Shown here: piece by piece, positions 35,539 to 44,426 of the stretch
Numbering within the stretch: position 1 is the first letter of the stretch
Layout: each line of letters begins with the position of its first letter
Source: an uncultured archaeon
GTDB lineage: Archaea > Aenigmatarchaeota > Aenigmatarchaeia > GW2011-AR5 > JAHLMP01
Assembly (NCBI GenBank): GCA_964428495.1
Contig: CAYRXY010000001.1
Location: 33,473 to 97,472, forward strand
Length of the DNA stretch: 64,000 bases
Reading direction: 5' to 3'
Position numbers and translations under genes: made by a program
Notes under the pieces: generated by a model
What the model was told of the DNA's origin: nothing
The model's input: only the letters and a program-made list of their open reading frames with translations
Databases searched by the model: none

Positions 35539-36559
35539 GCTCTTCCAGCTCTTCTTTATTAGATATTACATCTACTACTGGTAAATTAAATTCTCTTCTC
35601 AGATCATTAATAATCTTACTAAGATCATCTTCGGAAGCACCGAAACCATTTATTACAATACCGATAATCGGTCTATTTATTGAATATTTTATTAAGTTCA
35701 TATGCGGCTCGAGTTCCTTTATCCTGTTCCATTTTGAACACAAAACAATTTTTGACGGGGCTGAGCCGAGAAGAATTTGCCAAGCAACTATTGCGCCAGC
35801 TCTACCCTCCTTCACATCTATTACCGGAGCTCTAAGACCTGTCTGACTTCCGACTAGAATAATATTTGGTTCTTTTTCAACTTCGATCTTTTTGATAGCT
35901 CCCATTATTACCTGAGCACCTCTCATAGTTGGTAAAACTTCTGGGATCACTTGCTCATCTACATCAAGAAAATAAGAGGATGGCTCTGTACCTATTATTC
36001 CAACCTTCATTCCTCTTTTTTTCAATATAGAGAGTATGGTAAACATAGCCGTGCTTTTTCCAGAGTTCATAGAAGTTCCAGTAAAGTTTACTACAGGTGT
36101 TTTTATTCCCTCTTCACTTGCCATTAGTGCATACTTCTCATATTTTTCAAATGCATTTGGATCGGATGCCTCTATAAACTTAACACCATGTTTTTTTGCT
36201 AGGGTCTTTAGTTCATTAGTTTCTTCTCCATAATAGATTTTACTCATCGTATAGATGTCTAGCCCCTTCTTTATAGCTTTTATTATATGTTCTTTCCACT
36301 CTCTAACTCTCCACTCCTTTGTGAAATAGAGACCTTCTCCAGTAGTAACTAACATATCTGCTTTGTCAGCAAATCTCTCTAGAAGATCGTCAAAATTGTT
36401 TGTGATCTTTATATTTGTTTTACCAAGACCCAAATATTCTCCTGGATCTATACCATTAAACTTTTCTCTTTCATCATATATTCCGAGTATTTCAGCATTT
36501 TTTCCGAATCTTAGAATGGCATGAGCATTCTTTTCAAAATGATGAATTAAAATTTTCAT
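35516..36559 (-). CDS. DUF1611-family protein (P-loop-like, DgcN-related)
   Basis: 347 aa. FTGTSMNSGKSTAMFTILSILKKRGMKVGIIGTE resembles the DUF1611 core. Family call from memory. The ATG lies 2 nt after the 3' end of tRNA-Gly. Confidence 0.5.
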   Translation of the reverse strand: MKILIHHFEKNAHAILRFGKNAEILGIYDEREKFNGIDPGEYLGLGKTNIKITNNFDDLLERFADKADMLVTTGEGLYFTKEWRVREWKEHIIKAIKKGLDIYTMSKIYYGEETNELKTLAKKHGVKFIEASDPNAFEKYEKYALMASEEGIKTPVVNFTGTSMNSGKSTAMFTILSILKKRGMKVGIIGTEPSSYFLDVDEQVIPEVLPTMRGAQVIMGAIKKIEVEKEPNIILVGSQTGLRAPVIDVKEGRAGAIVAWQILLGSAPSKIVLCSKWNRIKELEPHMNLIKYSINRPIIGIVINGFGASEDDLSKIINDLRREFNLPVVDVISNKEELEELIDRLVK

Positions 36560-36561
36560 AA

Positions 36562-36683
36562 TGCGCCGGCCGGGATTCGAACCCGGGTCACCGGCTTTCC
36601 TCTGCTACCTTCTTTCGGTGCAACCTTTCTTAGAAAGAAAGGTTGCTTGGAAGGCCGGTGTCTTACCGCTGGACTACCGGCGC
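36562..36683 (-). tRNA. tRNA-Gly (anticodon UCC) with a 51-nt intron at 37/38
   Basis: Reverse strand GCGCCGG TA GTCC AGCGGTA AGAC A CCGGC CTTCCA|intron 36647-36597|A GCCGG TGAC CCGGG TTCGAAT CCCGG CCGGCGC A. Bulge-helix-bulge support: nt 32-35 CTTC pair with intron GAGG, flanked by 3-nt bulges. Confidence 0.8.
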
Positions 36684-36728
36684 GCTACTTAATTGCTTTA
36701 TACTTAACTGTTTAAATGTTTAATCGTT

Positions 36729-38573
36729 ATGAGGCTGTTTCCTTTTGAAAAAGTAAGAGAAGGACAAAAGAAATTTATACAGGATGTTGAACTCTGTGTC
36801 AAAGAAGGTAGAAGTCTTATAGCTAATGCTCCATCTGGAGTCGGTAAAACAGTAGCCAGTTTAGTTCCGGCACTGGAATATGCAATTGAACATGACAAGG
36901 TTGTATTCTTTTTAACTCCTAGACATTCACAGCATAGAATAGTTATAGATACGTTGAAAAAAATTAAGACAAAATTCAATGTAAACATACCTTCTATTGA
37001 TATCATTGGAAAGAAATGGTTGTGTCCTGTTCCTGGGATTGAGATGCTCTCCACAAGTGATTTTAATGATTATTGCTCTACTGTAAAAAAGGAAGAGAAG
37101 TGTGTTTTTCTTAACAATACAAAGAGTGCCGGAGAATTGACAGAAAAAGCAAAGAAGATTGTAGAAAAAATATTGAGAAATGGACCATTTCATGCCGAAG
37201 AGATTAAGAGTATGTGTAGAGGAATGTGTCCCTATGAGATAGCGTTGGAAGTGGCAAAGAAAAGTCGAGTAATTATATGTGATTATTATCATATGTTTTC
37301 TCCTGCAAGGAACGCAGTTTTATCTAGAATTAATAGAGATCTTGATGATTTGATACTGATAGTTGATGAGGCTCATAATTTACCTGATAGAATAAGGAAT
37401 GTTCTATCAAACTCAATAAGTAATAGATCTTTAGAAATGGCTGAGAAAGAAGCTAAGATCTTTGGTTTTATAGATCTTTCTGAAAAGGTAGGAAAAATTA
37501 ACGATGTTCTAAAAAATTTATCAAGGGATATCAGACCTGATGAGGAGAGATATGTTAAAAAAGAAGATTTTGTGGACTCTGTAAGTAAAATAGATAATTA
37601 TGATACGATAATTGAGGAGTTAGAGGCAGCATCGATAAATGTTAGAGAAGTACGTAAAAAGTCTTATCTCGGGTCTCTTGCTAGATTCATGGACATGTGG
37701 ACAGGTGAAGATCTGGGATATACGAGAATTATAAGGAAAGATAAAAGAAAAGATAAAGCAAGAATTCAGCTGAAGTATAGCTGTTTGGATCCATCCATAA
37801 TTTCAAAGGAGATATTCCACTCTGTTCACTCAGCCATATTGATGTCTGGAACACTTTCACCAATGGGTATGTATAAAAATGTTTTGGGATTGAAGGACGG
37901 AATATTGATGAATAAATATCAATCATATTTTCCGACTGAGAATAGACTTAATCTCATGGTTCCAGATGTGACCACGCAGTACACAAAAAGAAATAATGAA
38001 AATTATAGAAAAATTTCCGATTATATAGTAAGAATCTTGAATTCTATCAAGGGCAATATGGCTGTTTTCTTTCCTTCATATGAGATGAGGGATGAAATTT
38101 TATCAATGGTGAGAGGAGAAACAGAAAAGAAGATATTTGTTGAGAGACAGGATATGAACAAAGAAGACAAATCTAAGTTTTTTGACGAATTTATCAAATC
38201 TGATGATGCAGTTTTATTTGGTGCTCAATCCGGATCATTTTCAGAGGGCGTAGATTTCTTTGGTGGAATTCTAAAAGTTGTTGTAATTGTTGGCGTTGCT
38301 TTAAGTAAACCTGATTTAGAAACCAAAGCACTCATAGACTATTATGATTATAAATTTGGAAAAGGCTGGAAATATGGCTATATTTATCCTGCCGTGAATA
38401 GAGCACTTCAAGCTGCTGGAAGAGGTATAAGAAGTGAAAAAGATCGATCTGTTATTGTTTTTATGGATAAGAGATTTCTATGGAAGAACTATCGAGTTGT
38501 GTTCTCAACTGACTTTGATTTCAAAATAACAAGGAGACCGGAAGAGTGGATTAGGAAATTCTTTTCAATTTAA
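36729..38573 (+). CDS. xpd: XPD/Rad3-family 5'-3' DNA helicase (FeS helicase)
   Basis: 614 aa. Walker A ANAPSGVGKT and DEAH box VDEAHNL. Cysteines between them (CPVPG, YCS, KCV, MCPYE) fit the 4Fe-4S domain. Confidence 0.85.
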   Translation: MRLFPFEKVREGQKKFIQDVELCVKEGRSLIANAPSGVGKTVASLVPALEYAIEHDKVVFFLTPRHSQHRIVIDTLKKIKTKFNVNIPSIDIIGKKWLCPVPGIEMLSTSDFNDYCSTVKKEEKCVFLNNTKSAGELTEKAKKIVEKILRNGPFHAEEIKSMCRGMCPYEIALEVAKKSRVIICDYYHMFSPARNAVLSRINRDLDDLILIVDEAHNLPDRIRNVLSNSISNRSLEMAEKEAKIFGFIDLSEKVGKINDVLKNLSRDIRPDEERYVKKEDFVDSVSKIDNYDTIIEELEAASINVREVRKKSYLGSLARFMDMWTGEDLGYTRIIRKDKRKDKARIQLKYSCLDPSIISKEIFHSVHSAILMSGTLSPMGMYKNVLGLKDGILMNKYQSYFPTENRLNLMVPDVTTQYTKRNNENYRKISDYIVRILNSIKGNMAVFFPSYEMRDEILSMVRGETEKKIFVERQDMNKEDKSKFFDEFIKSDDAVLFGAQSGSFSEGVDFFGGILKVVVIVGVALSKPDLETKALIDYYDYKFGKGWKYGYIYPAVNRALQAAGRGIRSEKDRSVIVFMDKRFLWKNYRVVFSTDFDFKITRRPEEWIRKFFSI

Positions 38574-38615
38574 ATTTAAATAAACACACTTGAAATTATT
38601 AATCAGGTGTAATAG

Positions 38616-39185
38616 ATGTTCTTTAAGAAAAAAGATGACAAGGAGGAACTAAAGAAGGCTATCTTAGGTGAAGAAAGTGTTACTGAGAGCTTCTTAAGTA
38701 AAGAGGAACCACCAGAAGAGAATGAGAGCTTCGAGGATCTGTTTATAGAAAACAAAAAACCAACCGAAACTCCTAAAGAGAAGCCGGATACAGAGACTGT
38801 TAGAGAGGTAGTCTCCGTAAAGGCAGAACCATCAGTAAAACAAGTGCAGCCGGCCGCGAAGTCAACTATGCCACTATATGTTAAAGTTGAAGACTATAAA
38901 AGATTAGTATCTGCTCTTCAGGAAATAAAGGTTCTACTGAATGGGATAAAACAGATATTTTCTATATTCTCTGAGATCGACATGTTAAGAGACGATGCAT
39001 TGAAACTTGTAAATACGAGCATTCATAGGGTAGAAGGACATCTTCTTACTATAGATTCTATAGTTTCCTATGAGACTTCACAACCTATTGAAACTGTTCA
39101 GGAAGATCGAATAGAAAAGTCATTAGAATCACTACAAAAACAACTTAGAGATCTCAAGGTGGAGATAGAGAAAGTCAAGGAGTGA
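38616..39185 (+). CDS. Hypothetical protein: acidic N-terminal region plus C-terminal helical domain
   Basis: 189 aa, SD CAGGTG upstream. E/P/K-rich first ~85 aa, then a helical/coiled segment (PLYVKVEDYKRLVSALQEIKVLLNGIK...LQKQLRDLKVEIEKVKE). No family recognised. Confidence 0.5.
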   Translation: MFFKKKDDKEELKKAILGEESVTESFLSKEEPPEENESFEDLFIENKKPTETPKEKPDTETVREVVSVKAEPSVKQVQPAAKSTMPLYVKVEDYKRLVSALQEIKVLLNGIKQIFSIFSEIDMLRDDALKLVNTSIHRVEGHLLTIDSIVSYETSQPIETVQEDRIEKSLESLQKQLRDLKVEIEKVKE

Positions 39186-39235
39186 ATTCTAGGAGATTTT
39201 ATTAAGTAATTTGAGTAGATTAATAATTAGAAATA

Positions 39236-40780
39236 GTGAGTTTTATGTTTTGGAGAAGAAAAACAAATAAATTATTAAAAGAAAGAGAGGAAAGAAGAAC
39301 AAACGAATTATTTTTAGATTTTCTGGAGCATCTTGCTAGCGGTGAGATTGAAAAAGCAAAAAAATTAAAAGAGCAACTAATACAGAAGGGATTTTCAGAA
39401 AGTTATCTAGATCAAATTATAAATAATGAAATAGAAAATTTAAAACATTCAATAAAAGAGGAGCTTTATTCTGCTTATTTAAAAGGGGATAAGAAAAAAA
39501 TAGAAGAATTAGAGGATAGCGCAGAAAAATTGGGAATTTCTTCTAGTGAAATTAAAGAAAAGGCTAAGAAAGAGATGAGTACGACTATTCGTTATATTTA
39601 TTCTGACGACTCTAAAAAATTACTCGGAAATTTGGCAAGTGCGTTGAAAGAAAAGATAGAAGAAGCTAAAAATAATGCCAAAAAATTATCTTCTTTTCTC
39701 GGTAATAAAACCATTAATCAAATTATAGAAGACGAGAGAAATAAAATGAAATTAGAGAGCAATGGAGAGAATAAAAGCGAAAATGAAGAAAATAAATTTA
39801 GGGGTGGAGAGATGACAAAAGGAAGAATTCGTGAAAAATTTAGAACGGGAATAAGTAGAATAAAAGAAGGAATGGAAAAGGGAAAAAGAAAAGTGGGAGG
39901 CAAATTACTCCAGATTAAGGTAGGTAGAATAGGAAAAAAAGTAGGTACAATTACTAAGGATGTTAAATTCCTTGAAGACGAGGATAAAGGAGGCCGTTCT
40001 AAAGATAAAAAAATAGAGAACATACACGAGATGATAAAAGAAATAAAGAGTGAGAGTGACGGAGGACAAAAAGGAGAAGCTGGTGAAGAAGAAATTAAGG
40101 AAAAAGATCAGGAGATAGAAAGAAGAAAGAGGGAAATAATAGATAAATTAGAAGAAGAGTACAAAAAGGATGAAGGATACAATCCTCGTGGAATTCATGA
40201 ACTCAAGAAAGAGTTATACTCATTGATTGGGAAAGAAGAAGCAGAGAAAATTAGAAAGGATCTCGTAGATAAGTATTTCTGGTCTAAACAAAAAACGGAA
40301 GAATCTGAAGTAGCCGAATCTCCAAAAGAAGAGGAAAATTATGGCGGTCAACCCACCCAACCAGAAAATATTGGAAATCAACCACCAAGAGCACAACCAA
40401 TTCCAGGAACACAAAATTTTAAAATTCCAAAATCCGGAGGCCTGGTTAGTTCGGTTGTGAAGACCAATCTAAAACACATGTCTATATCTGGTGGTATAGG
40501 AGGTATAATTGGATTGATCGCTTATTTTGTGCTTCATATACCATTGATATATTCTGTTATCATCGTCTTTGTTTTTATGTTGTTGGGTATAGACCTCTTT
40601 AGAGGTGGAATATTTGAAGCAGTTTTCACTCCTGTTATAATTGGTGTTGTTCTGACTGTTGCACTTCACTGGTTCATAAATCAGTTTATACCTTCCATAT
40701 GGGAATTTACTGGTCTCCTTTTTATTGCAGTACTTTCAATATCTATAATTGTAATATTGGATGTATCACAAATGAAATAG
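39236..40780 (+). CDS. Hypothetical Lys/Glu-rich protein with C-terminal four-TM anchor
   Basis: 514 aa. About 400 aa of highly charged K/E-rich sequence, a P/Q-rich linker (GGQPTQPENIGNQPPRAQPIPG), then about 4 TM helices. Start is GTG 39236 or ATG 39245. Confidence 0.5.
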   Translation: MSFMFWRRKTNKLLKEREERRTNELFLDFLEHLASGEIEKAKKLKEQLIQKGFSESYLDQIINNEIENLKHSIKEELYSAYLKGDKKKIEELEDSAEKLGISSSEIKEKAKKEMSTTIRYIYSDDSKKLLGNLASALKEKIEEAKNNAKKLSSFLGNKTINQIIEDERNKMKLESNGENKSENEENKFRGGEMTKGRIREKFRTGISRIKEGMEKGKRKVGGKLLQIKVGRIGKKVGTITKDVKFLEDEDKGGRSKDKKIENIHEMIKEIKSESDGGQKGEAGEEEIKEKDQEIERRKREIIDKLEEEYKKDEGYNPRGIHELKKELYSLIGKEEAEKIRKDLVDKYFWSKQKTEESEVAESPKEEENYGGQPTQPENIGNQPPRAQPIPGTQNFKIPKSGGLVSSVVKTNLKHMSISGGIGGIIGLIAYFVLHIPLIYSVIIVFVFMLLGIDLFRGGIFEAVFTPVIIGVVLTVALHWFINQFIPSIWEFTGLLFIAVLSISIIVILDVSQMK

Positions 40781-40789
40781 GTAGATGAA

Positions 40790-42727
40790 ATGATACAGAT
40801 ATTTTGGATCTTTGTAATAGTTGCTGTAGCTATTGCGCTCATAGGTGGCTTTCTTAAATTTCTTCGTGTAAGCGCATCTGAGAAGCTAATAAGGATTGGA
40901 ACTGATGTAATAGTCGGGATTATCATTTCTTTGGATATTCTGATAATTTTAGCTATGTTTAATATCACAGGAATTGATATGAAAGGTTTGCTAGCATTTG
41001 TATTCCTGATGTTGACATTTATTGGATTCTATAGATCCAGCGGCCCTGGAGTGATATACGTTATTACAATATTTGTTATGGTATTTGGTTACTTGTTCAC
41101 TGGACCATACTCCGGATATATCAAAACCTACACAAAGGGAATTACGGCTCCATTGGATGCTGGAATAGCTTCCGCTAAGATGGCTACTCACGATCTTTTT
41201 TTACTGATAACAAATCCACAGGAATATATAGCTGAAAAACAGATGAAAACAGTTCATTCTGAGGAGAGTACGTCATATCCAATGGGTATAGAGTTTACAG
41301 ACATTTCAGCGTCTCCAGACTCGGTCTTTAACGGTCGAAGGTTTTATGTTCAGGCCTACTTAGAAAATAAAGGTGGTCTTTGGGCCAATGGTTTGACTGT
41401 ATATGCAGAGTGTGGAGATAAATGTTACGAGGACGATGGAGCAACGATCAGGGATAATGAGGATAAAATAGAGAAATATTGGAAACATGTTTATACTCTC
41501 GGTCCGTTTGTTTCTGATCTAACAGATAAAGAACAGTTTGGTACAACGGCAGATGTAACGGTTCATATGTCATATATTTACTCTACAGAATCTAGTCTAC
41601 TTGTTAATGTGATGGATGAGTCAGAAATAAATAGAAGGCTGCGTGAAGGAACATTATCGTTTAAATTAGGAATACCTGTTGGTAAAATTTCTCCCGCCAT
41701 GTTGGTTTTGTCGGTTGGAAGGCAACCTATATATTCTGGGGATAGAATCTATTTACTCATTTCAATAGTTAACAAACATCCTGATTCAAAGGTTTCTTTA
41801 CTACCAGGTACAACTAAACTAATGGTGAAAGTACCAAAAGACCTATTTAGTGTTTCTAGTTGTGATGTGGATAGCGAGTATGTGAATTATTCTATTGATA
41901 CTGGAAATGTGAATTATACAACTATAAAGTTTAAATTCAAAAGATCCGTAGAAATATCTTCTCCGAATAAAGAAAGCTCAGATATCAAACCATTCTATTA
42001 CTTTACCTGCGATCTCACAGCTAAGAATGTGAAGATAAGTAGAGAAGGTGAAATTTATGGATATTTAACTAACTTCTCGGTAGATAGTGAAAAGATCGTT
42101 GGTCCTGTCGTAATGCGGAGCAGTTATCTAGATTCCAGCCCATTCAGCGGTGTTTGCGTATTCAACGTTGATGGAGCTGTTGAAAAAGAAAAATGTGGTT
42201 GTACGGGAAGTGGATGTAAAGACGATGATACCATTCCATCGGATTGTAAAAATAATGGGGGGAGCTTTAACAGTTGGGGTATGAAAGATAGTATATGCTT
42301 GGAGGGTGATAGTGGTATTTTACTTGGTATTCATTGTTGTAAAAGACTTGCAGCTAAAAAAGGTGATTATCTGGGTCAGTGTGTTAAAGTTAATCTAAAA
42401 ACATTTGCAAATAATCTATCTCAAGAAGTGAAAAATATAAAATACATGTGGATAAGAATGGATGCAGAGAGTCATGCCCACTGCAACGATGACGTAGATA
42501 TTTATGGTTGTTACAAAAGTCATTGTGAATCGAACGATTGGAAGATAATCAAAAATAATATTGATGGTAGTGGTCCTAAGATCGTGAGGCTAAGTCATGA
42601 TGATCTTAATAAATTCGGTGATATTTCAAGGTTAACATCTATCGATATATGTACTGATCCGGATAAGGGCTCGAGTTGTGATCATAAAATAGATTGGATT
42701 AGAGTTCTGTTTAATTCTACATCCTAG
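40790..42727 (+). CDS. Hypothetical membrane protein with large Cys-rich extracellular domain
   Basis: 645 aa. About 4-5 N-terminal TM helices, a beta-rich middle section (CARDB-like flavour, weak), and many Cys in the last ~200 aa (KCGCTGSGCKDDD..., HCCKRL, CESNDW, CTDPDKGSSCDH). Starts 9 nt after the previous gene. Confidence 0.5.
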   Translation: MIQIFWIFVIVAVAIALIGGFLKFLRVSASEKLIRIGTDVIVGIIISLDILIILAMFNITGIDMKGLLAFVFLMLTFIGFYRSSGPGVIYVITIFVMVFGYLFTGPYSGYIKTYTKGITAPLDAGIASAKMATHDLFLLITNPQEYIAEKQMKTVHSEESTSYPMGIEFTDISASPDSVFNGRRFYVQAYLENKGGLWANGLTVYAECGDKCYEDDGATIRDNEDKIEKYWKHVYTLGPFVSDLTDKEQFGTTADVTVHMSYIYSTESSLLVNVMDESEINRRLREGTLSFKLGIPVGKISPAMLVLSVGRQPIYSGDRIYLLISIVNKHPDSKVSLLPGTTKLMVKVPKDLFSVSSCDVDSEYVNYSIDTGNVNYTTIKFKFKRSVEISSPNKESSDIKPFYYFTCDLTAKNVKISREGEIYGYLTNFSVDSEKIVGPVVMRSSYLDSSPFSGVCVFNVDGAVEKEKCGCTGSGCKDDDTIPSDCKNNGGSFNSWGMKDSICLEGDSGILLGIHCCKRLAAKKGDYLGQCVKVNLKTFANNLSQEVKNIKYMWIRMDAESHAHCNDDVDIYGCYKSHCESNDWKIIKNNIDGSGPKIVRLSHDDLNKFGDISRLTSIDICTDPDKGSSCDHKIDWIRVLFNSTS

Positions 42728-43550
42728 TTATCTTCAAATCTAAAACAACATGCCATACATAAGGAGCAAAACTCTTTACTTTTTTCTTGTTGAGTATTTT
42801 TACTTTGTAATTTTTCTTCTCGAAGAAATTATTAAGAATCTTATTAGGGGTTTTCCAAAGTTCATCTTCTAAGAATGTATCGTGATAATGAATGATACAA
42901 GTATCTTTTGCAAATCTTTTCACTGCCTCTAGAAACCTATATGTTTTTGGTAGATACCCCATTATAATTCTGTCAGCTATTCCTTGAAGCGATTTTTTTC
43001 GTGAGATGTCTCTACAATCACCAAGTATTGGTATTATTTTTTTAATTTCGTTCAACTTGGTGTTTTCTTTTAGAAGTTTGAATGAGTACGGATTTTTTTC
43101 TATGGCATAAATAGCCTTTGTAGGTGTAAACTTTGCTAATCCTAACGAGAAGTAGCCAATTCCGGCAAACATATCTACTATCGTTTCACCTTTTTTTACC
43201 TGTTCAATAATCCTTTTTCTTTCATTTAGATTTCCCTTCGAAAACATCACCCTCTTAATATTAATCTTGTAGAAAATTCCATTTTCCTTATGAAATGTCA
43301 CATATTTTTTACTTCCCGCTAAATGCTTAACGACAGGACTTCTAAATTCTCCGCTTATTTCCTTAATTTCCCACACGGAATTAACATACGGTAGTAAAGC
43401 TAAGTATGCCTTCCCTATTTTTAGCTTTTCTTTTCTACTAATCTGTTTTAAGAATTTAACTAATAGAATATCACCAATGATCTGGTAGGAACTTGGTATT
43501 CTATCTTCTGGAATTAAGGTTGATTTTGAGATTTTCTTTTTCACCTTCAT
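42717..43550 (-). CDS. trm5: tRNA methyltransferase of the Trm5/TYW2 (Met-10+) family
   Basis: 277 aa. SAM-binding VDMFAGIGYFSLGLAK and the overall Met-10+ layout. The subfamily (m1G37 versus wyosine step) cannot be decided from the sequence alone. Confidence 0.7.
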   Translation of the reverse strand: MKVKKKISKSTLIPEDRIPSSYQIIGDILLVKFLKQISRKEKLKIGKAYLALLPYVNSVWEIKEISGEFRSPVVKHLAGSKKYVTFHKENGIFYKINIKRVMFSKGNLNERKRIIEQVKKGETIVDMFAGIGYFSLGLAKFTPTKAIYAIEKNPYSFKLLKENTKLNEIKKIIPILGDCRDISRKKSLQGIADRIIMGYLPKTYRFLEAVKRFAKDTCIIHYHDTFLEDELWKTPNKILNNFFEKKNYKVKILNKKKVKSFAPYVWHVVLDLKITRM

Positions 43551-43634
43551 ATTAAAGAAATCTGAACTTTATTATAAATTCTTTTTAGTTGTTAAAGAAA
43601 AATAAAAGAGTAGAAAAGAAAAATTAAAAATCAA

Positions 43635-43757
43635 TTACCTTCTCTTCTTTGTCGTCTTTCTCTTCTTAGTTGTTTTTTTCTTAGTTGTTTTTTTCTTTGT
43701 CGTCTTTCTCTTCTTAGTTGTTTTTTTCTTAGTTGTTTTTTTCTTTCGTGCAGCCAT
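43635..43757 (-). CDS. 40-aa highly basic Lys/Thr-repeat microprotein (candidate)
   Basis: Not in the track. MAARKKKTTKKKTTKKRKTTKKKTTKKKTTKKRKTTKKRR*. The ATG is preceded by AGGTAGAGG and by TTTTAAATA about 35 nt upstream. Oligo-T runs follow the stop. It fills an otherwise empty 276-bp gap in a co-directional gene block. Confidence 0.5.
   Translation of the reverse strand: MAARKKKTTKKKTTKKRKTTKKKTTKKKTTKKRKTTKKRR
43650..43745. repeat. Perfect 2 x 48-bp tandem direct repeat (inside the microprotein ORF)
   Basis: 43650-43697 and 43698-43745 are identical (TGTCGTCTTTCTCTTCTTAGTTGTTTTTTTCTTAGTTGTTTTTTTCTT). Each unit contains an internal 15-bp duplication (CTTAGTTGTTTTTTT). Confidence 0.95.
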
Positions 43758-43826
43758 ATGCCTCTACCTTTTTAGAAATTGGTGTAGGTAGTATTTAAAA
43801 TTTTCGTTTTTTGTTACGCCTGCTGC

Positions 43827-44426
43827 TCATAAGATTTCTTTCAACTGAGAAAGTTTCGTTATGATAAAATTTGGTTCAAAGTCATTTTTCTGTCCACCTC
43901 TTTTTAACCAAATAGTTTTTATTCCAAGTTGTGATGCAAATTTGAGATTCTCAAGTTTATCATCAATAAAATAAACTTCGTTTCCACTGACATTTGCCTT
44001 TTCAAGAAAAATCCTGAAAATTCTAGAATTCGGTTTTCTTTCTTTAATTTCAGAACTGATTATAATGATTGAAAAGAATTTTTTGAATCCGAATTTCTTG
44101 TCTAGATATTCGAACCACTCTGTTGTATGATTTGTAATTATCCCTAATTTATACTTCTGCTTTAGATATTCAAGGACATTGAAAACGTCTTTATCAATGC
44201 TAAATAGGTCCAAGAATTTCTCCTCGATCTCTTTGAAATTCCTGACGTTCAATTTCGACCAAAATTCTTTTCTCGATATTTGGCCAATAGTATATAGATT
44301 GTAAAAATGTTTGACTGCAGAATAGTCGTGATTAGGGAGAACTTTCATTAGACCGTTTCTGACCATATGCGACTCTGGAAACAAGACGCCCATGATGTCA
44401 AATGCAATTATCATGATCATCGCCAA
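43827..44426 (-). CDS. HAD-superfamily hydrolase (subfamily IA-like)
   Basis: 199 aa. Motif I region IAFDIMGVLF (second Asp replaced by Met), ITNHT (motif II), YFIDDKLEN (motif IV-like). Overlaps the lhr stop by 10 nt. Confidence 0.65.
   Translation of the reverse strand: MAMIMIIAFDIMGVLFPESHMVRNGLMKVLPNHDYSAVKHFYNLYTIGQISRKEFWSKLNVRNFKEIEEKFLDLFSIDKDVFNVLEYLKQKYKLGIITNHTTEWFEYLDKKFGFKKFFSIIIISSEIKERKPNSRIFRIFLEKANVSGNEVYFIDDKLENLKFASQLGIKTIWLKRGGQKNDFEPNFIITKLSQLKEIL

Noticed and set aside
36562-36683. Alternative reading of this tRNA as tRNA-Trp (loop TTCCAAG, anticodon CCA), which would recall the intron-encoded C/D box sRNA of some archaeal tRNA-Trp genes
   Set aside because: That register needs two nucleotides between the D-stem and the anticodon stem and leaves a C-A mismatch closing the stem. 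The UCC register gives five Watson-Crick pairs, a 4-nt variable loop typical of tRNA-Gly, and a good BHB. No RUGAUGA or CUGA boxes are present in the intron.
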